From Microcystis aeruginosa FD4 (lineage in GTDB: Bacteria; Cyanobacteriota; Cyanobacteriia; Cyanobacteriales; Microcystaceae), in contig NZ_CP046973.1 in the NCBI RefSeq assembly GCF_009792235.1, positions 1,473,062-1,513,061 of the forward strand: a stretch of 40,000 nt of DNA. The letters run 5' to 3'. The position numbers and the translations under genes are program-made. Below the pieces are notes generated by a model. It saw only the letters and a list, made by a program, of their open reading frames with translations. It did no database searches and had not been told where the DNA came from. Shown here in pieces: positions 16,304 to 25,252 of the stretch (position 1 is its first letter; each line of letters opens with the position of its first letter).

Positions 16304-17773
16304 TTAGCGACCGCCAACGGTAATAGAATCGACTTTTAAATGGGGTTGACCAACGGTGACATAAACGCTACCACTGACAGAACCGCAAAAACCCGCCGCT
16401 AGACCTAAATCTTGGGAACACATAGAGATTTTATTCATAATCTCCTTAGCTGAACCAATTAAAGTCGCGCCTTTCAGGGGTTTAGTCAGGTTGCCGTTTT
16501 CGATAAGATAGGCCTCCTCGACGGCGAAATTAAATTCACCGGTAGCCCCCACACTACCACCGCCCATTTTTTTGCAATAAATGCCTTTATCGATGGAATT
16601 AAAGAGATTATCGAGGTTATATTCCCCGGGGGCGATGTAGGTATTCCGCATCCGACTAGCGGCGGCATAGGTGTAGTTTTGACGGCGACCGCTACCTGTG
16701 CGCGGATGGCCGGTTTTCATTGAACCGGTGCGATCGGCAATGAAGTTTTTTAGGATACCATTTTCAATTAGGAGAGTACGCTGGGCCGGCATTCCCTCAT
16801 CGTCCATATCGATAGTACCGAAAGCTTTATCGGATAATCCTTCGTCCCAAGCCGTCAGATTTTCGTGGGCGATTTTTTCGCCTTTTTTATCGAGAAAGGG
16901 TGTGGTTTTTTGTTCAATTTGGGTAGTTTCTAACAAATGGCCACAAGCTTCGTGGAAGATAACGCCGCCAAATTCATTGGCCATGACGATGGGATAACTG
17001 CCGGATTCTACATAGTCAGCGTAAAGCATTTTACCCGCCGATTCGGCCACTTCTGCCGCCGATTCCTCGGCATTCCAAGTCCGCAGAAAATCGGGATTAC
17101 TGGTACTACCCACCCGTTTACCAATGCTAGAACGATTAGTTCCATCGGCACAGAGGAGATTATAGCCCACCGATTGGGTGAGGCGAATATCCCGGGCAAA
17201 AGTGCCATCACTAGCGGCAACTAAAATTTCTTGCCAATCGCGAAAATAAGCGGCGCGACGAGATTGAACGTGAGAGGCTTTCTGATTGAGGTGAACGTTA
17301 GCATTTAGCAGAATATCACCCATTTCTCGCAAAGAACTGCAATTATTCAGCCAAATGTCTTTATTTTTTACCGTGGCATAATCCCGGAACATTTCCAGAT
17401 TGATTTCGGGAATATATGCGTTAGGACCGGGTAGGTTTAAACCGAGAATCGATAAACCTTTTTCTAGGGCATTTTTTAAGCCTTGGAAGCTTAAATCGTT
17501 GGTACTGACGTAACAATCGGCTTTACCGCGAAAAAGACGGATTCCTGCCCCTGTAGATAGTTTCGGTGAGAGACTGGTGATGGTGTCATCTTCGGCTAAA
17601 CAACTGATATAGTTAACTCTTTCGAGGAAAAATTCGATAAAAGTTGCCCCGGCAGCCCGTCCCAGTCCCAAAAGAGTGGACAAAGGGGCCGCCCAAGAGC
17701 TATCAAAGCGCTCCAGACTAGGATTATATTTCAGGGTGGGGAGTTCTTTGGAGATGAGTAGAGTGGGTGACAT
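16304..17773 (-). CDS. tldD: TldD metalloprotease
   Basis: 489 aa. Zinc motif [10 protein letters not shown] and the TldD-family C-terminal GGxxGG region. Confidence 0.9.
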   Translation of the reverse strand: MSPTLLISKELPTLKYNPSLERFDSSWAAPLSTLLGLGRAAGATFIEFFLERVNYISCLAEDDTITSLSPKLSTGAGIRLFRGKADCYVSTNDLSFQGLKNALEKGLSILGLNLPGPNAYIPEINLEMFRDYATVKNKDIWLNNCSSLREMGDILLNANVHLNQKASHVQSRRAAYFRDWQEILVAASDGTFARDIRLTQSVGYNLLCADGTNRSSIGKRVGSTSNPDFLRTWNAEESAAEVAESAGKMLYADYVESGSYPIVMANEFGGVIFHEACGHLLETTQIEQKTTPFLDKKGEKIAHENLTAWDEGLSDKAFGTIDMDDEGMPAQRTLLIENGILKNFIADRTGSMKTGHPRTGSGRRQNYTYAAASRMRNTYIAPGEYNLDNLFNSIDKGIYCKKMGGGSVGATGEFNFAVEEAYLIENGNLTKPLKGATLIGSAKEIMNKISMCSQDLGLAAGFCGSVSGSVYVTVGQPHLKVDSITVGGR

Positions 17774-17957
17774 AAAGCTCGTTTATCAGTTAATCTGCTG
17801 GTTTCTAGTCTAACAGCTATCAGTTTTTTCCGTATTGGGGTGCGTTAGCGCGGCCCAACCCAGCTAAATTTTTCTCCTTCATATCTCTTAATAAAAACCT
17901 TGATTCGATCGCTCATCGCCCGCAAGATTAGATAAAGAGCGACTCAGGATAAAAATA

Positions 17958-18422
17958 ATGGCCACAGCGACACAATTCTTAAACATTTCTGACTTGACAA
18001 AAGATGATTATTGTGTATTCGGTTTAGCGATTTGTTTTCTCAAACAGGAGGGAGAATTAGAAAAAGTGGCGGTGTTAGAACCGATTCCCTCGGCAGCCCT
18101 AGAGGCAATTGTCAAAGGAATTCCCACTTCCTACGAATTTGCCCGCGCTATGAGTTTAGGAGAGGTTTTTCAGGAAGATAATCCTCAAATACCCAGTAAT
18201 TTCCCCGATAATACCCAATTATGTGAGAATTTTGTTGAAAGGGCGATTGCGGCAACTCGCACCTATAAAAATCAACCCCACCTGCAAGGGTTAATCCCCT
18301 TGGGCAGCCAAAAAGACGATTTAAACTTTTCCCTAGAGAAAAAACGCATCTTGAATGCTGTTCATGTGGTGCGGACGGAGGATAACGTCAAACAACATTC
18401 TCACACCCATAAGGTTTTGTAA
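17958..18422 (+). CDS. Hypothetical protein, 154 aa
   Basis: Clean ORF with core-like codon usage. No motif recognised. Confidence 0.5.
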   Translation: MATATQFLNISDLTKDDYCVFGLAICFLKQEGELEKVAVLEPIPSAALEAIVKGIPTSYEFARAMSLGEVFQEDNPQIPSNFPDNTQLCENFVERAIAATRTYKNQPHLQGLIPLGSQKDDLNFSLEKKRILNAVHVVRTEDNVKQHSHTHKVL

Positions 18423-18501
18423 TCAAGGTTAGTTCGGGTTAGGGAATTTTTGCAGTTTTCCCTGATTCCGAACTCAGATGAACCAGTTATCTTAAGGGTG
18501 A

Positions 18502-18546
18502 GGTGTGGGGTGTGGGGTGTGGGGTGTGGGGTGTGGGGTGTGGGGT
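18502..18546. repeat. G-rich heptamer microsatellite (GTGGGGT), about 6 units
   Basis: GGTGTGGGGTGTGGGGTGTGGGGTGTGGGGTGTGGGGTGTGGGGT read directly. Confidence 0.9.
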
Positions 18547-18876
18547 TTTACCCATTTTCAGGGGGTCAATTACCTAATTTTCAGGGAAAAAGTGCCTAAA
18601 TTTCCCCCCCGAACACTCCAATGGCTGGCACTTTTTGATTTCAAAAAAGCCTAAAAATATTATCCAACAAGGTTTTTAGATTTATTCAGCAAACCCTACT
18701 TATAAGGACAGGCAAAAGGGTGAATAAATAATCAGTTTTTAATAACCGGATTTAGTATCAGACTATAGCAGTTATCTTAAGGGTGAGGTGTAAAGTTGGG
18801 ATTTTGAGGAGTCGGTCGTCAGGAGATTATTTTTATTTATTCTCCACACTTCATAATTCATAATTAGCAGAAATTA

Positions 18877-20133
18877 TTAAGGCAATGCTACACATAAATT
18901 TTTGCTGACTGAATAAATATATTCAAACAAATAATCCCATTGATTTTCTAAATGTTTAGCCATGTGGTAAGCAAGTAAAGGTGGCACAGCATTACCAATT
19001 AGTTTGTAACCATCCGTAGCCGAAAGTGAATATTTTTCATCTCCCTTGTTTTGTTGACGCACAAATTGAAAATCATCGGGAAAAGTCTGTATTCTCGCAC
19101 ATTCCCGCACAGTTAAACGTCTCATTTTTAATCCTGCTTCTAACTCATTAATTATCTTTCCCCCTAATTCTAAAGATAATCTCCTAAATTCAATATTGCC
19201 GTGATGTTCCGAGCGAATAGTCGGACCTAAACCCTGTAAATTAACCTCGATTTGTCCCTGAGTTTTACCATAATATTTAGCTTTTGAGTAGCTTTTTTGT
19301 GAGAGGTCAAATAACTCATCTTCCGGTTCTGCTAAACCTGATAATATCTGACCCACTGTACTGTAAGTTTTAACTTCATGGGTTGGACGGGGAAAAATAT
19401 CATTATTTTCTAGATGTCCTATCGCTGTCGCTTTTAAATAGGTTTTATTTAAACCGATAAAGATAATTCTTTCCCTAGTTTGGGGAATTCCGTAATCGGG
19501 AGCAAAGAGAAGTTTAGGGATAACTATATATCCATCTTTACCAATGGCACTAAAATCATCTTCAATTATATCTTTAACATTAGCCAAAGAGATTAAACCT
19601 TTGACATTTTCAGCAATAAAAACTTTAGGTAAGGTTAATTCAATAACTCTTTTCATCCAATAATAGAGTTTCCCGCGATTATCCTGAAAACTATCTTCAC
19701 TCTCGTCTAGTAGTTTACCTGTGTGACTTTTGTGAGAATTAAACCCCTTTCTTTTTCCTGAAACACTAAAATCTTGACAGGGAAAACCTCCCGTTACTAC
19801 ATCGATATTACTGGGAAACTGAAACTCTCCTTTTTCTGCTTGTTTGACTAAATCTACAATACTACCCAAGTGAAATACATTTGTTTTATCCCTTTTTTCA
19901 AAGTAGGGAATCCAAGCATTGTGAGCAGCTTTAGTTATATCATTAGCAAAGACAGTTTCAAAAGAAGTACGCGGTAGTTTTAGCCATGGTTCCCGTCTTT
20001 CTACTATCCAATCTTGATGAATATTTTCATTAACACAGTCTTGGTGTACCCAAAAACCTCCCTCTAATCCTAAGTCCATTCCCCCGCAGCCAGAAAATAG
20101 GGATAAAACTCGCTTTTGTTGCCTATTCATCAC
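18877..20133 (-). CDS. DNA (cytosine-5)-methyltransferase
   Basis: 418 aa with the canonical motifs: I FSGCGGMDLG, IV GGFPCQDFS, VI ENVKGL, VIII QTRERIIFIG, TVRECARIQTFPDDF, X GNAVPP. Confidence 0.92.
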   Translation of the reverse strand: MMNRQQKRVLSLFSGCGGMDLGLEGGFWVHQDCVNENIHQDWIVERREPWLKLPRTSFETVFANDITKAAHNAWIPYFEKRDKTNVFHLGSIVDLVKQAEKGEFQFPSNIDVVTGGFPCQDFSVSGKRKGFNSHKSHTGKLLDESEDSFQDNRGKLYYWMKRVIELTLPKVFIAENVKGLISLANVKDIIEDDFSAIGKDGYIVIPKLLFAPDYGIPQTRERIIFIGLNKTYLKATAIGHLENNDIFPRPTHEVKTYSTVGQILSGLAEPEDELFDLSQKSYSKAKYYGKTQGQIEVNLQGLGPTIRSEHHGNIEFRRLSLELGGKIINELEAGLKMRRLTVRECARIQTFPDDFQFVRQQNKGDEKYSLSATDGYKLIGNAVPPLLAYHMAKHLENQWDYLFEYIYSVSKNLCVALP

Positions 20134-20192
20134 TATTGATTAAATGAGTAATTTAATAATATCATACTGATAATCAACTCGATCAAAAGGGA

Positions 20193-20612
20193 TTAATTTA
20201 AAGTTAGTTGATTGGATATTATTAATCGATCCTGCATATCTTCAGAGTCAAGAATATTAGCATCGGTTGCTAAGGCACTAGCGACAATTAAACTATCCCA
20301 AAAAGAAAAACTGTAATGATTGCGGAGTTCAGAGGCTCTTAAAATAATATTGCGATCAAGTTGAATAACAAGACATCCATCGTAAAATTCTTGGATAATT
20401 TGTCTAATTTTAATTTCACTTATTTTAGCTTTTTTGGATAAAACAGAGCAAACTTTATTAATAATTTGCCTAGTGATTAAGATATTTTCCCTGCTAGTTA
20501 AAGCAGCCGCTAGATTGTGTTTTCGTATTTCTTCAGCCTCGTTACACTCTGGGTCTATTAAAAGACGGTATAGCCAGATATTAGAATCACAAAAATAAAG
20601 AGAATTGGTCAT
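20193..20612 (-). CDS. vapC: PIN-domain toxin (VapC-like)
   Basis: 139 aa. N-terminal FCDSNIWLY with the conserved Asp, FWDSLIVASA, and position just downstream of a small antitoxin-like gene. Confidence 0.75.
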   Translation of the reverse strand: MTNSLYFCDSNIWLYRLLIDPECNEAEEIRKHNLAAALTSRENILITRQIINKVCSVLSKKAKISEIKIRQIIQEFYDGCLVIQLDRNIILRASELRNHYSFSFWDSLIVASALATDANILDSEDMQDRLIISNQLTLN

Positions 20613-20614
20613 AA

Positions 20615-20824
20615 TTATAGCTGATGAATTTCTTCCCGATTTAATTGACGAATACCTTGAACAGCAACGGGTTTTTGAGTTAATTCGGCAATGATTCCAG
20701 TGGTTGATATTTTTTTATTTTGTTTGATCACAATAACTTGAACTTCGCTGTCTTCCCTCAAGTCCTGTTGATATTCTTCGGGAATTTCGATGATACCTTG
20801 TTTAATTTTAGCTTTAAATTCCAC
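20615..20824 (-). CDS. vapB: Small antitoxin-like protein upstream of the PIN gene
   Basis: 69 aa, 2-bp gap to the PIN ORF. AKIKQGIIEIPEEY...VQVIVI resembles a swapped-hairpin (AbrB/MazE-like) N-terminus. Confidence 0.55.
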   Translation of the reverse strand: MEFKAKIKQGIIEIPEEYQQDLREDSEVQVIVIKQNKKISTTGIIAELTQKPVAVQGIRQLNREEIHQL

Positions 20825-20953
20825 GGCATTTAACCTATTGTTTCTCTCGAGCGACTGTCTATAAGCTCAATTATAACCAATCTTGGTTAATTCCAACAGT
20901 TCTGTGCTGTTATAATTTTCGTTATTGAGCTTAGATAGTTTTTGGTTATCATA

Positions 20954-21045
20954 TAAGTAGGGAGGCACAATTATTTGTAGGATGGGTTAGCGCACTTCGT
21001 AACCCGTGCAGGCGTTGGGTTTTATGCTTAAACCCAACCTACGTT
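20954..21045 (+). mobile_element. 92-bp hairpin MITE, copy 3
   Basis: TAAGTAGGGAGGCACAATTATTTGTAGGATGGGTTAGCGCACTTCGTAACCCGTGCAGGCGTTGGGTTTTATGCTTAAACCCAACCTACGTT. Confidence 0.7.
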
Positions 21046-21255
21046 CATCTTATATTTAATTCCACCCACCCACTTAGGAAAAGATTAAAATGCAATGAGA
21101 AGTGGCACTAAAGCTGATGGTACTGACATTCCAGATAGTAGTATTCATTCTGTATTAAGCAAACTTATCGAAGAAGGAAAAGTCAAGCAAATAAAATCTG
21201 ATAAGTCCTCTGATCCCGATCAGTATCAAGTTGTAACTAATGTATGGGATTAATT

Positions 21256-22377
21256 CTAAGGTTTCCTGATCTCCCCCACTGCGATCGCTGCATTTTGTCC
21301 TCCGAAACCGAAACTAAGACAGAGACAATTGTGCAGGGAAAAATTAACAGCCGATCTAGTTAAATTTAATTGGAAAGGCGACTCGCTCATCCCGACACAA
21401 GGGGGAATTAGCTGATTTTTGAGAGCCATTAAACAAAAAGCCACGCCTAATACCCCCGAAGCCCCTAGAGTGTGTCCCGTTGCTCCTTTTGTCGAGCTTA
21501 CAGGTACTTGCGAGCCAAAAATGCTGGCGATCAGGTTTGCTTCCCGTTCATCGTTTAAACGCGTGCTAGTGCCGTGGGCGTGAATGTAATTAATTTCATT
21601 TTTTCTTAATTGACTTCTGTGCAAACACAGTTCTATGGCTTTGGTAGCACTACGATTATCCACCGCCGGGGCGCTCAGATGATCGGCATCGCAGGTAAAA
21701 CCATAGCCCAAAATCTGCCCGTAGATGGGGGCATTTCTGCTGAGAGCCAGTTCCTCCGATTCAAGGACTAAAATCGCCCCACCTTCGCCCAAAACCAAAC
21801 CCTCTCTAGCTCTATCAAAAGGATAACAGCCCGTTTTCGCCAAAGCTCCAATCTGTTCAAATCCCACCAAAGTTAAGGGAGTGATCGGGGTTTCGATCGC
21901 CCCGGCTAAAACTCGATCGCATTCTCCCAGGCTAATTAATTCTACACCCCTAGCAATCGACCAGATACCCGTGGCACAGGCTGCCATCGGTGCTAAAACT
22001 GGGGCGCTGGTTTCTATCAATCTAGCGGTCAATACCGAGGCGCGATCGGGTAAACTATCTAACCAGTTTTCTACTATTCCCGTCGCTGCCATCCGTTCCC
22101 ACAACCCCTGACAACTGCGACTAGAACCGATAGTGACACCACAATCCTTTAAGGGAGGCGTTAATTTTGCGTCTTCAAGGGCAGCGATCAGAGCAATTTT
22201 CGTTAAATCCTCTAAAAATGCGGGTTTGTGACCGATTAAACCCAGGGGTAGTGCGGGTAAATCAGAAAAGGGTTGTTGCCTAGTTATACCAATTTTGCCC
22301 TCTAGTAATCCTTGCCAACTCTGACTTAAATCTCCTAGAGAACTGATCAACCCAATTCCCGTCACTACAACATTCAC
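21256..22377 (-). CDS. Beta-ketoacyl-ACP synthase family protein (short KAS-II-like paralogue)
   Basis: 373 aa. Active-site Cys in PMAACATG, and the His pair in HAHGTSTRLND and GHTLGASG. Confidence 0.85.
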   Translation of the reverse strand: MNVVVTGIGLISSLGDLSQSWQGLLEGKIGITRQQPFSDLPALPLGLIGHKPAFLEDLTKIALIAALEDAKLTPPLKDCGVTIGSSRSCQGLWERMAATGIVENWLDSLPDRASVLTARLIETSAPVLAPMAACATGIWSIARGVELISLGECDRVLAGAIETPITPLTLVGFEQIGALAKTGCYPFDRAREGLVLGEGGAILVLESEELALSRNAPIYGQILGYGFTCDADHLSAPAVDNRSATKAIELCLHRSQLRKNEINYIHAHGTSTRLNDEREANLIASIFGSQVPVSSTKGATGHTLGASGVLGVAFCLMALKNQLIPPCVGMSESPFQLNLTRSAVNFSLHNCLCLSFGFGGQNAAIAVGEIRKP

Positions 22378-22606
22378 TTATCAGCTACCGAAGGACGCTA
22401 CGCGCCCTCAAAAGAAAAAGAGAAACTAGGGGTAAACCCTGATATTCTAAACCTAGAAGGCTCCTGAACTCACCCCGGAGTAACAATTGAAAGGCCACAA
22501 CCGTTGCCTTTCAAAAGTCAGTGACAAGGATTTTTCTGTCATGAAACCTTAAATTTAGAATTGCTGCGGGACTGAAAAAGCTCTCTTTTGCCGATCCTAT
22601 CTCTAG

Positions 22607-23860
22607 CTAAATCGAGGTTTCTTCCTCCGTCCAAATTTCTGGCTGTTGATTTAATAAAAGCTGGGCTGCCTCTAACATATCAGCGACAATATCGCGCAAA
22701 TCTGTCTTATTATCGATATAAGCTTTTAACGCTTCCATCGGGTCTAATTGATTACCCACCCCTAATTCTGGTAAACGGGGACGGGTTAATTGACTAATTA
22801 ATTCCGCCCGAATACTATAACTATGGGCAGGTTTTAATGCCTCATCAAGCTGATTGGTGTTGATTAGTTCTAATTGTTCACTGCGAATTTTATAAACTAA
22901 GCGGATAACTGCTTCCTGAATATCGTATTTTTTGAGAGCTTTCAGCAATTCTTTTTGGGGGTTTTCTGCCTCGGAAACATCCACTTCGATGGAACGGAAA
23001 GGACGCACGGGTAAAGGACAAAATTCCCATTTAACCTCTCCTTTAGCCACTTCTATTAAAACATAGCCCTTATCTTCTTTTTCCTCGCTAAAATCCACTC
23101 GATCGATGCTCCCCGGATAGACAATAGGGGGATCATTACTAGGATTAAGATTTTGGTGTTTGTGAACATGACCGAGGGCAACGTACTCGAATTGTGGACG
23201 ATTTAGCAACGATAAAGGTACAGTAAAACCTTTACCAACCGCTAAAAATCTTTCTGCTCCTAAACTAGCTCGATCGGCCATTAAATGGGCTAATAAAACT
23301 GTTGGTACACTTGTATCTAATTGGCGAATTTCTCCTTCTAAAACCGGTTCCAAACGGTTAATTAACAATTCATTTACCCCACTCAAGGATAAACCCTCGG
23401 TTTCGGGACGGGTTAAGAGAGTGGCGCGGGTTAACCAGGGTAAAGTAATTACTTGGATATCGCCGTTGCGGGTGGTGATGCGATGGGTGGTCAGGCGATC
23501 GCCAACAATAAACCCCGGCACCGCTAAGGTACGATAGATGGAGAGACTGACACCGCCATTACCATGAGAATGTTGATCGTGATTACCCACTAATAACACC
23601 GTCGGGATATTAGCATCGGCAAGACGACGGAATTGACTGGCAAAAGCTTCGTGAACAAAAGGAGGAGGAGTGGCATCGGGAAAGGCATCTCCCCCAAAAA
23701 GCACTAGATCCACAGGGTTGGCAATAGCCCGATCGATACAGAGGCTCAAACTGCCCATAAAATCCTCTAAACGCGTGTTTAATCCCGTTTTTGGGTTTAA
23801 ACGCCCATGGGAAAAACCACTCCCCATGTGAATATCCGATAAGTGCAGTATTTTAATCAT
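22607..23860 (-). CDS. sbcD: SbcD/Mre11-type DNA repair exonuclease (metallophosphoesterase)
   Basis: 417 aa. Motifs LHLSDIHMG, GGDAFP, VGNHD and LGHVH. Confidence 0.85.
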   Translation of the reverse strand: MIKILHLSDIHMGSGFSHGRLNPKTGLNTRLEDFMGSLSLCIDRAIANPVDLVLFGGDAFPDATPPPFVHEAFASQFRRLADANIPTVLLVGNHDQHSHGNGGVSLSIYRTLAVPGFIVGDRLTTHRITTRNGDIQVITLPWLTRATLLTRPETEGLSLSGVNELLINRLEPVLEGEIRQLDTSVPTVLLAHLMADRASLGAERFLAVGKGFTVPLSLLNRPQFEYVALGHVHKHQNLNPSNDPPIVYPGSIDRVDFSEEKEDKGYVLIEVAKGEVKWEFCPLPVRPFRSIEVDVSEAENPQKELLKALKKYDIQEAVIRLVYKIRSEQLELINTNQLDEALKPAHSYSIRAELISQLTRPRLPELGVGNQLDPMEALKAYIDNKTDLRDIVADMLEAAQLLLNQQPEIWTEEETSI

Positions 23861-23902
23861 GGTAAAGAAAAAACAGGCGCAATTAAGTACACCTGTTCAG
23901 GA

Positions 23903-24046
23903 TTATTTTCCTAATTTTTTATCGCCATCTTGACGACGGCGATCGCGCCATTCCGTAGTCGTCAGGTAGAGAATGCCACCACTGACGACAACGAGGAGAA
24001 TTAAGGCGACAAGAAAGAGAGTGTTGAGAATCAGAGATGTTTCCAT
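23903..24046 (-). CDS. 47-aa single-pass membrane protein downstream of petN (below the ORF-track cutoff)
   Basis: Hand translation gives METSLILNTLFLVALILLVVVSGGILYLTTTEWRDRRRQDGDKKLGK. It has one TM helix plus a basic tail and starts 16 nt after the petN stop. Confidence 0.4.
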   Translation of the reverse strand: METSLILNTLFLVALILLVVVSGGILYLTTTEWRDRRRQDGDKKLGK

Positions 24047-24062
24047 GGTATCTATAGATTAC

Positions 24063-24152
24063 CTAGAAACCGTTACGACCCCAAACCACCATGGCGATCG
24101 ACCAAGTGAACAGGGCGAGAATGCTAACCCAACCAAGTGTCAAAATATCCAT
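24063..24152 (-). CDS. petN: Cytochrome b6f complex subunit VIII (PetN), 29 aa (below the ORF-track cutoff)
   Basis: Hand translation gives [29 protein letters not shown], which matches the conserved PetN sequence pattern. Confidence 0.9.
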   Translation of the reverse strand: MDILTLGWVSILALFTWSIAMVVWGRNGF

Positions 24153-24198
24153 AATTGCCTTTGTTAAACGAATTACTTGCAAGATAACTACTCAACTT

Positions 24199-24544
24199 TT
24201 GACACTCTCCGCCCTAAAAGTGCGGAGATTCTTGGGCTGAATCTTGCCGCTACTAGCAAAGCTAATTTTGGTCTTACAGTTTCATGTCTAGTCCGACTAC
24301 ACCTACAAGGTAAGCACTCTTAAAGACTACTCCCCAAGCGTAAATTTCTGTGTGTCCCACAGTATTTAATTGTTTTTCGCTCTTACCATGTGGACTTACG
24401 ATGAAAGCTTTTGTACCAGTGATGGTTAGAGATTTAGGGATTACGGAGTGTCGCTTGTTTCCTGCGTTCCCAAAGTCAACGACTCAATTTAATGCTAACA
24501 TAAAGTCGCCCTAAAGGGCGAGGTTTTCAACCCAAATTTTCGAT
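24199..24544 (-). mobile_element. 346-bp non-autonomous IS200/IS605 derivative (PATE-like), without tnpB
   Basis: The right end TTGACACTCTCCGCCCTAAAAGTGCGGAGATTC parallels 2290-2325. The left end TCGCCCTAAAGGGCGAGGTTTTCAACCCAAATTTTCGAT parallels 3668-3710. Interior GGTCTTACAG...CTACAAG resembles the tnpB 3' region GGTCTTATGG...CCGCAAG. Confidence 0.65.
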
Positions 24545-24581
24545 AATACTTCATCAGTGACTCCGTTTTAGAGAGGCGATC

Positions 24582-24977
24582 GTGCAAATTACGCTCAAGG
24601 AAAGAATCGAATCCATACAGGTGGGGAGTATCTCGGCGCTGGCTTTCCTGGTTCCCTATCTGCTATTTTTGACTGTTGATCGACTATTTTTAGGGGAATC
24701 GATCACATTAATTGGCGCTTTTGTCAAGATATCCGGGGCGATAATTAGCGGGTTTCTCTTTGGTGTCACCTATCGTTATGTCGTCCGTAACGATGATAAT
24801 CCCCATCTCAAAGATGGTACAGTGGCAGCTTTTGCCCTAGTCCGCGGCCTAGTTCCCCTACAATTATCCACAGACTTGCTCGCTGACGCTTGGCGCTTAA
24901 GTCTCTTTCTGGGAGAGAGCTTTATCTGTTTTTTATGCTGTCGTCTGCTCTTAGAGTTGACTAAGCTGCGCCAATAA
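24582..24977 (+). CDS. Hypothetical membrane protein, 131 aa (GTG start)
   Basis: Three or four hydrophobic segments. No motif recognised. Confidence 0.5.
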   Translation: MQITLKERIESIQVGSISALAFLVPYLLFLTVDRLFLGESITLIGAFVKISGAIISGFLFGVTYRYVVRNDDNPHLKDGTVAAFALVRGLVPLQLSTDLLADAWRLSLFLGESFICFLCCRLLLELTKLRQ

Positions 24978-25068
24978 CCGATCATCTTTTTGTCCTGGAG
25001 ATAGGAGTCAGGAGTCGGTCGTCAGGAAATAGGGTGATAGGGTTTTGGGGTGATAGGGTGATGAGACA

Positions 25069-25250
25069 GCTTCCCCACTTCCCCACTTCCCCACTTCCCC
25101 ACTTCCCCACTTCCCCACACCCCACTTCCCCACTTCCCCACTTCCCCACACCCCACACCCCACACCCCACACCCCACTTCCCCACTTCCCCATTCCCCAC
25201 ACCCCACTTCCCCACTTCCCCACTTCCCCACTTCCCCACTTCCCCACACC
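25069..25250. repeat. About 180-bp microsatellite of mixed 8-mers (CCCCACTT) and 7-mers (CCCCACA), abutting the aroB start codon
   Basis: Read directly. C-rich on the plus strand. Ends 2 nt before ATG 25253. Confidence 0.95.
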
Positions 25251-25252
25251 CT

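Noticed and set aside
15694-16317. ORFs 15694..16059 and 16093..16317 (minus strand, alternative frames)
   Set aside because: They overlap the DUF456 membrane-protein frame, which has a coherent hydrophobic profile. The first also runs through a MITE.
21095-21253. 52-codon ORF (MRSGTKADGTDIPDSSIHSVLSKLIEEGKVKQIKSDKSSDPDQYQVVTNVWD) next to MITE copy 3
   Set aside because: It looks like the C-terminal piece of a winged-helix protein but has no N-terminal part and no RBS. It is probably a gene fragment, and the support is too weak to list it as a feature.
22480-22520. Hairpin GAAAGGC-N10-GCCTTTC as an intrinsic terminator between sbcD and the KAS gene
   Set aside because: No U-run follows the stem on either strand, so I did not call a terminator.
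24982-25252. Three overlapping minus-strand ORFs ([12 protein letters not shown]...) and the 73-codon N-terminal extension of the aroB ORF starting at 25034
   Set aside because: All are read from the CCCCACTT/CCCCACA microsatellite, which cannot form stop codons in those frames. The sequence is low-complexity, and the conserved DHQS N-terminus begins at ATG 25253.
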